Below, piece by piece: positions 59,778 to 64,000 of a stretch of 64,000 bases of DNA. Both the position numbers and the translations under genes were made by a program. The notes beneath the pieces are model-generated. The model did not search any database. It saw only the letters and a list, made by a program, of their open reading frames with translations, and was not told the DNA's origin. Each line of letters starts with the position of its first letter. Positions within the stretch are counted from its first letter, which is position 1. The DNA comes from Acidobacteriota bacterium (GTDB lineage: Bacteria; Acidobacteriota; UBA890; WLXD01): positions 128,001-192,000 of the forward strand of contig CAXWPH010000007.1 of the NCBI GenBank assembly GCA_963666055.2, written 5' to 3'.

Positions 59778-61265
59778 ATGGTGAAGAAAAGCCGGATGGC
59801 GTCGACGCGACCCTTCCCGTTGGAGCAAGCCCGGAAATGGGCGCCCTACGCCGACCCCACGGATCTTTCCACCGTCTTTCCGATTCTCCCCGGCGTGAAG
59901 CCGCGGGAGACGCTGCTAGCCCTGGCCGAAGAGCAGATGTCGGAGTGGATGAGCCGGACCCCGAAGTCGAAGGAGATGCAAGACGAGGGCAGGAAGTCGA
60001 TGCCCTGGGGTGTCTTCGCCACCTGCCAAAAAGACTGGGAAACGCCGCATCTTCTCTACGCCGAGCGCTCGTACGGCAACAAGCTCTGGGACGTCGACGG
60101 CAACGAATACCTGGACGTCAACTTCGGCGACTCACCGGACATGTTCGGCCGCGTCCCCGACAACCCGGTCTACGCTGCGGTGGCCGAACGCCTCACCAGG
60201 GACGGTCTGTCGACGATGATGTGCAACGAAGACGCCATCGTGGCGACCCAGCTACTCGCGAACCGCTTCGGCCTCAGCCACTGGATGCACGCTCTTTCGG
60301 CATCCGACGCCAACCGCTTCGTGCTCGCCATTGCTCGCCACCACACCGGCAGACCGAACATCGCCATCCCCAACTTCACCTACCACGGCACCATCGACGA
60401 GACTCAGAAGTTCATGCCGGCGCCGGGCAAGATCTCGCGCTTCCACGACCTCGGCATCTACCACGGTGAAGTCGATCAGGGGACGAAGGTCTTCAACTGG
60501 AACGACCTGGAAAGCGTCGACGAGATCCTGCAAGACCGCACCGTCGCCTGCGTGATGATGGAGCCGGTGATGTCCAACTTCGGTTGGGCCTGGCCGAGGC
60601 CCGGCTGGCACGAAGGGGTGAAGAGGCTGTGCGAGAAGTACGGAACGCTGCTCTGCTACGACGAGACCCACACCATCAGTCAGGGCCCGAGCGGAATGGT
60701 CGGGCACATGGAGATCTCAGGCGACTTTTGGACCTGCGGCAAGTCGATCTCGAGCGGCATCCCGGGTGCGGTCTTCGGCATGACCGAGGAGATCGCCAAG
60801 AAAGTAGAGCGCGACCACACGGAGGTCGGTTTTTTCGCCGGCGCCGGCTTCGGCTTCCTGGGCACGGCACTGTGCGGCAACGCCATGTCCACCCTGGCGC
60901 TGCGGGTAACGCTGGAGGAGATACTCACCGACGAGACCTTCGCCAGGATCGACGCGGCGGCGGGCGCCATCAAGACCGGCATGGACGAGAGCATCGAGCA
61001 GCACGAGGCGCCGTTCAGGATCGAGACGATGGGCAACCGGATCTGCTACCACTTCATCCCCGAACCGGTCAGCGACCCGATCGCCGGGCTGGTTCAGGTT
61101 GGGTTCGGCGGCCTCTTCGAGCTCTCCCACGCCTTCTTCTGGAACCACGGCGTGCTGATCATGCCCTACTTCAACATGTGCCTGATCACGCCAAGTCACG
61201 CCGAGAACGACACCGCCAAGCTGCTGAAGGTCTGGGACGAGTTCGTCGAGCTGGCGATGGAGTAA
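59778..61265 (+). CDS. Class III PLP aminotransferase (GSA-aminomutase-like)
   Basis: LWDVDGNEYLD, YHG, MEPVM, YDETHT, GKSISSGIP. Confidence 0.85.
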   Translation: MVKKSRMASTRPFPLEQARKWAPYADPTDLSTVFPILPGVKPRETLLALAEEQMSEWMSRTPKSKEMQDEGRKSMPWGVFATCQKDWETPHLLYAERSYGNKLWDVDGNEYLDVNFGDSPDMFGRVPDNPVYAAVAERLTRDGLSTMMCNEDAIVATQLLANRFGLSHWMHALSASDANRFVLAIARHHTGRPNIAIPNFTYHGTIDETQKFMPAPGKISRFHDLGIYHGEVDQGTKVFNWNDLESVDEILQDRTVACVMMEPVMSNFGWAWPRPGWHEGVKRLCEKYGTLLCYDETHTISQGPSGMVGHMEISGDFWTCGKSISSGIPGAVFGMTEEIAKKVERDHTEVGFFAGAGFGFLGTALCGNAMSTLALRVTLEEILTDETFARIDAAAGAIKTGMDESIEQHEAPFRIETMGNRICYHFIPEPVSDPIAGLVQVGFGGLFELSHAFFWNHGVLIMPYFNMCLITPSHAENDTAKLLKVWDEFVELAME

Positions 61266-61313
61266 CGCAGCGGCGTCGCGTTCGTGGCCCTGCCCGGCCC
61301 TGCGCGAACCACG

Positions 61314-61850
61314 CTACCCGCCGTCGATGGACCGGTCCGGCGGGTCGTGCTCGCTATGCGGCGGCAGGTTGAGGACCTCGGCGGGGAAGAACGACACCAC
61401 GTATCGCACGACATCGCGCATGACCAGGATTCCCACCGGCTCGTGTTCAGCGTTCACCAGCGGGACGTGCCGGTAGCCGCCCTCGACCATGCGATTCAAG
61501 GCGACCGCTATTCCGTCGTAGATCGTCAGGCAATCCGGGTCGGCGGTCATGTAGTCGCGCACGGGCCGATCAAGCCCCTTGGTATCGTAGAGCCGCTTCA
61601 TGAGCGCATCACGCTCGGCGAAGATGCCGACGACCTTGCCGTCGTCCACCACCAACAGGCCGCCGATCTTCTTGGCGACCATCACGTCCAGAGCCTCCTC
61701 GACCGTCGTGTCGGGGGCTACGGCGGCGGGATTCTTCGGGTAGTTGAGATCGCTTATCGGGCGCAGCAGAACCCGGTTGTCGAGCTGTCGTTTTCGCGGC
61801 CCTCTGGCCTCCTCGTACATGTCCAGGTCTTCGTCGTAGCCAGTGCTCAT
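61314..61850 (-). CDS. CBS-domain protein
   Basis: VAPDTTVEEAL..M..IGGLLVVD..VGIFAERD; second CBS YRHVPLV. Confidence 0.88.
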   Translation of the reverse strand: MSTGYDEDLDMYEEARGPRKRQLDNRVLLRPISDLNYPKNPAAVAPDTTVEEALDVMVAKKIGGLLVVDDGKVVGIFAERDALMKRLYDTKGLDRPVRDYMTADPDCLTIYDGIAVALNRMVEGGYRHVPLVNAEHEPVGILVMRDVVRYVVSFFPAEVLNLPPHSEHDPPDRSIDGG

Positions 61851-61870
61851 GGCCTCTGCTCCTTGGCGCG

Positions 61871-62932
61871 TCAGACTGTCTCGTCTGCGGTCTCCGTGTC
61901 GATTCGCCAGGTATCCCCCTCCTGGAGCAAGGCGTCGAGATCGCTCTCGGGCCCCGCTCCGCGGGCATCACGGATCTGGCGGTGGATGGCATCGTCGTAG
62001 GTCTCTTCCTGCAGCGCTCGGAAGACACCCATCGGCATCGGGAAGTCAGGTGGCTCGAGTTGGCTGAGGAGGTAGGCGAGGGTGGGATCCGCCGCCGCCT
62101 CGTCGTGGTGCAGGAGCTCCTCCTCCGGCACCCCGCCGTTGCCAACCTGCACGACCTCGGGCGTCAGCCCTTGCAACCGAACGCCCCGATCTCGGTTCTT
62201 GCCGAACACCATCGGCTCTCCGTGCACCAGGTCCACCTTCTGGTCCTCGCGCGTCTGCCGGTCCGTCACACCCTCGAAGGCTCCGTCGTTAAAGATATTG
62301 CAGTTCTGCAAGATCTCCACGAAAGCGGATCCCCGGTGCGCGGCGGTTCGCTGCAGCACTGTCGCCAGATGCTGGCTGTAAACATCGGCGGTCCTGGCAA
62401 CGAAGGTCGCCTCCGCCGCCAGGGCGATGGAAAGAGGTTGAAGCGGCCGGTCGATAGACCCGTAGGGCGACGTCTTGGTCTTCTTCCCCACCTCCGATGT
62501 GGGGGAGTATTGGCCCTTGGTGAGCCCATAGATTCTGTTGTTGAAGAGCAGCACCTTGATGTCGACGTTGCGACGCATCGAATGCAGGATGTGGTTGCCG
62601 CCGATGGAGAGCGCGTCGCCGTCGCCGGTCACCACCCAGACCGAGAGATCGGGGCGCGCCACCTTCAGTCCCGTGGCAAGCGCCGGGGCGCGTCCATGGA
62701 TGGTGTGGAACCCGTAGGTGTTCATGTAATAGGGGAAGCGACTGGAGCAGCCGATTCCGGAAATGATGACGAACTTCTCGCGGGGGATCCCCAGGGTCGC
62801 GAAGACCTTCTGCACCGTGCTCAGGATGGCGTAGTCGCCGCAACCCGGGCACCAGCGGACGGTCTGGTCGGAGGCGAAGTCCTTTTTCGAGTACGTGGGG
62901 GGTGCGGTCGCTGCAGTCGATGCCAGGCTCAT
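61871..62932 (-). CDS. 2-oxoacid:ferredoxin oxidoreductase beta subunit
   Basis: WCPGCGD, SGIGCSSR, HGRA, GDGDALSIGGNH, NNRIYGLTKGQ. Confidence 0.95.
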   Translation of the reverse strand: MSLASTAATAPPTYSKKDFASDQTVRWCPGCGDYAILSTVQKVFATLGIPREKFVIISGIGCSSRFPYYMNTYGFHTIHGRAPALATGLKVARPDLSVWVVTGDGDALSIGGNHILHSMRRNVDIKVLLFNNRIYGLTKGQYSPTSEVGKKTKTSPYGSIDRPLQPLSIALAAEATFVARTADVYSQHLATVLQRTAAHRGSAFVEILQNCNIFNDGAFEGVTDRQTREDQKVDLVHGEPMVFGKNRDRGVRLQGLTPEVVQVGNGGVPEEELLHHDEAAADPTLAYLLSQLEPPDFPMPMGVFRALQEETYDDAIHRQIRDARGAGPESDLDALLQEGDTWRIDTETADETV

Positions 62933-64000
62933 CGTTTCTCGCCTTCGAGGGCCGTCTCCACGGCGGCGACGATCTCCGCCACCGAGAAGGGCTGTCCCCG
63001 GACTTTGTTGAGCTTCAGGGTGTCTAACAGGTAGCGAGCGCGCAACAGGGTGTCGAGCTGGCCCCGGTTGAGCTCCGCAACCAGTACCCGATCGAAGGAG
63101 CCCAGCACCTCCGCGAGGTTCGAGGGGAACGGGTTGATGTGGCGAAGATGGACGTGCGAGACGCTGAGCCCCTTCGCCCGCGCCGCCAGCGTGGCCGCAT
63201 GCAGGGAACCGTAGGTGCCTCCCCAGCCGACCAGCAGGAGATCGCCGCTGTCGTCGCCGAAGGGCTTGGCCGGCGGGATGTCCTTGGCTATCCGCGCGAT
63301 CTTCTCCTCGCGGAGAACGGTCATCTGCTCGTGGTTCGCCGGGTCGTAGGAAACGTTGCCGGAGCCTTCCTGGTGCGCGAGGCCGCCGATGCGGTGCTCG
63401 AGTCCCGGAGTGCCGGGCCTCACCCACGGCCGGGCCAGAGTCTCCGGATCCCTGAGAAACGGTTCGAAGCCCTCGGGGTCGGTTCGAAACTGCACGGAGA
63501 TTTCAGGCAGATCGCTGGCGTTGGGCACCAGCCAGGGCTCTGCGCCGTTAGCGATATAGCCGTCTGAGAGCAGCAGCACCGGCGTCATGTATTGGAGCGC
63601 AATACGAACAGCCTCGATGGCAGTAGCGAAGCAATCTCCGGGGGTGGAGGCCGCGATCACAGCCATCGGGGATTCGCCGTTTCTCCCCCACATCGCCTGC
63701 AACAGATCTGACTGCTCGGTCTTGGTGGGAAGGCCGGTGCTCGGTCCGCCACGCTGCACGTTGACGATGACGAGCGGCAGCTCCGTGGTCACCGCCAGAC
63801 CGATGGCCTCGCCCTTCAGGGCCAGACCGGGGCCGCTGGTAGCGGTGACGCCGATGGAGCCGCCGAAGGAGGCGCCGATGGCGGAACACACGGCGGCGAT
63901 CTCGTCCTCAGCCTGAAACGTCACCACTCCCTGCGACTTCAGCCGCGCCAGCTCAGACAGGATGTCCGACGCCGGGGTGATGGGATAGGAACCGAAGAAC
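62929..64000 (-). CDS. 2-oxoacid:ferredoxin oxidoreductase alpha subunit (3' part; 5' end beyond window)
   Basis: YPITPASD, QAEDEIAA, TSGPGL, QRGGPSTGLPTKTEQSDL, ELNRGQL. Confidence 0.95.
   Translation of the reverse strand, partial: FFGSYPITPASDILSELARLKSQGVVTFQAEDEIAAVCSAIGASFGGSIGVTATSGPGLALKGEAIGLAVTTELPLVIVNVQRGGPSTGLPTKTEQSDLLQAMWGRNGESPMAVIAASTPGDCFATAIEAVRIALQYMTPVLLLSDGYIANGAEPWLVPNASDLPEISVQFRTDPEGFEPFLRDPETLARPWVRPGTPGLEHRIGGLAHQEGSGNVSYDPANHEQMTVLREEKIARIAKDIPPAKPFGDDSGDLLLVGWGGTYGSLHAATLAARAKGLSVSHVHLRHINPFPSNLAEVLGSFDRVLVAELNRGQLDTLLRARYLLDTLKLNKVRGQPFSVAEIVAAVETALEGEKR

Overview
GC-rich bacterial chromosomal window. The gene content (many secreted amidohydrolases, PD40/TolB propellers, DUF885 proteins, TRAP/SSS transporters) suggests a heterotrophic, possibly marine Acidobacteriota-like organism; this is inference only. 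1-2.2 kb: a Nudix gene, a comM/yifB gene truncated at its conserved AMN|PCPCG point, a double-HTH gene and a 3' fragment of tRNA-fMet (integration scars). 2.4-6.5 kb: a quinohemoprotein PQQ dehydrogenase and a Rieske oxygenase with a Tat-like signal. 6.5-13.2 kb: a decayed mobile region with gene fragments, a 4-copy hairpin repeat that punctuates cassette-like units, a ~295-bp duplication, long inverted repeats around a parA-fragment/ParB_C module, an iteron-like element bracketed by C18/G26 tracts, and an intact IS6 element. 13-47.6 kb: ettA, then a long run of secreted hydrolases and transporters, including a probable UGA-selenocysteine deiodinase-like gene, four zincin-like proteins with non-canonical E-E/H-x-x-H motifs, and a cytochrome c-cupredoxin-ThuA fusion. 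47.6-50.7 kb: a toxin-antitoxin/type I RM graveyard. 50.7-64 kb: transport/amine catabolism genes and 2-oxoacid:ferredoxin oxidoreductase. Many genes carry frameshifts, deletions or a micro-inversion (erosion or assembly artefact). All calls come from reading motifs by eye; no searches were run.
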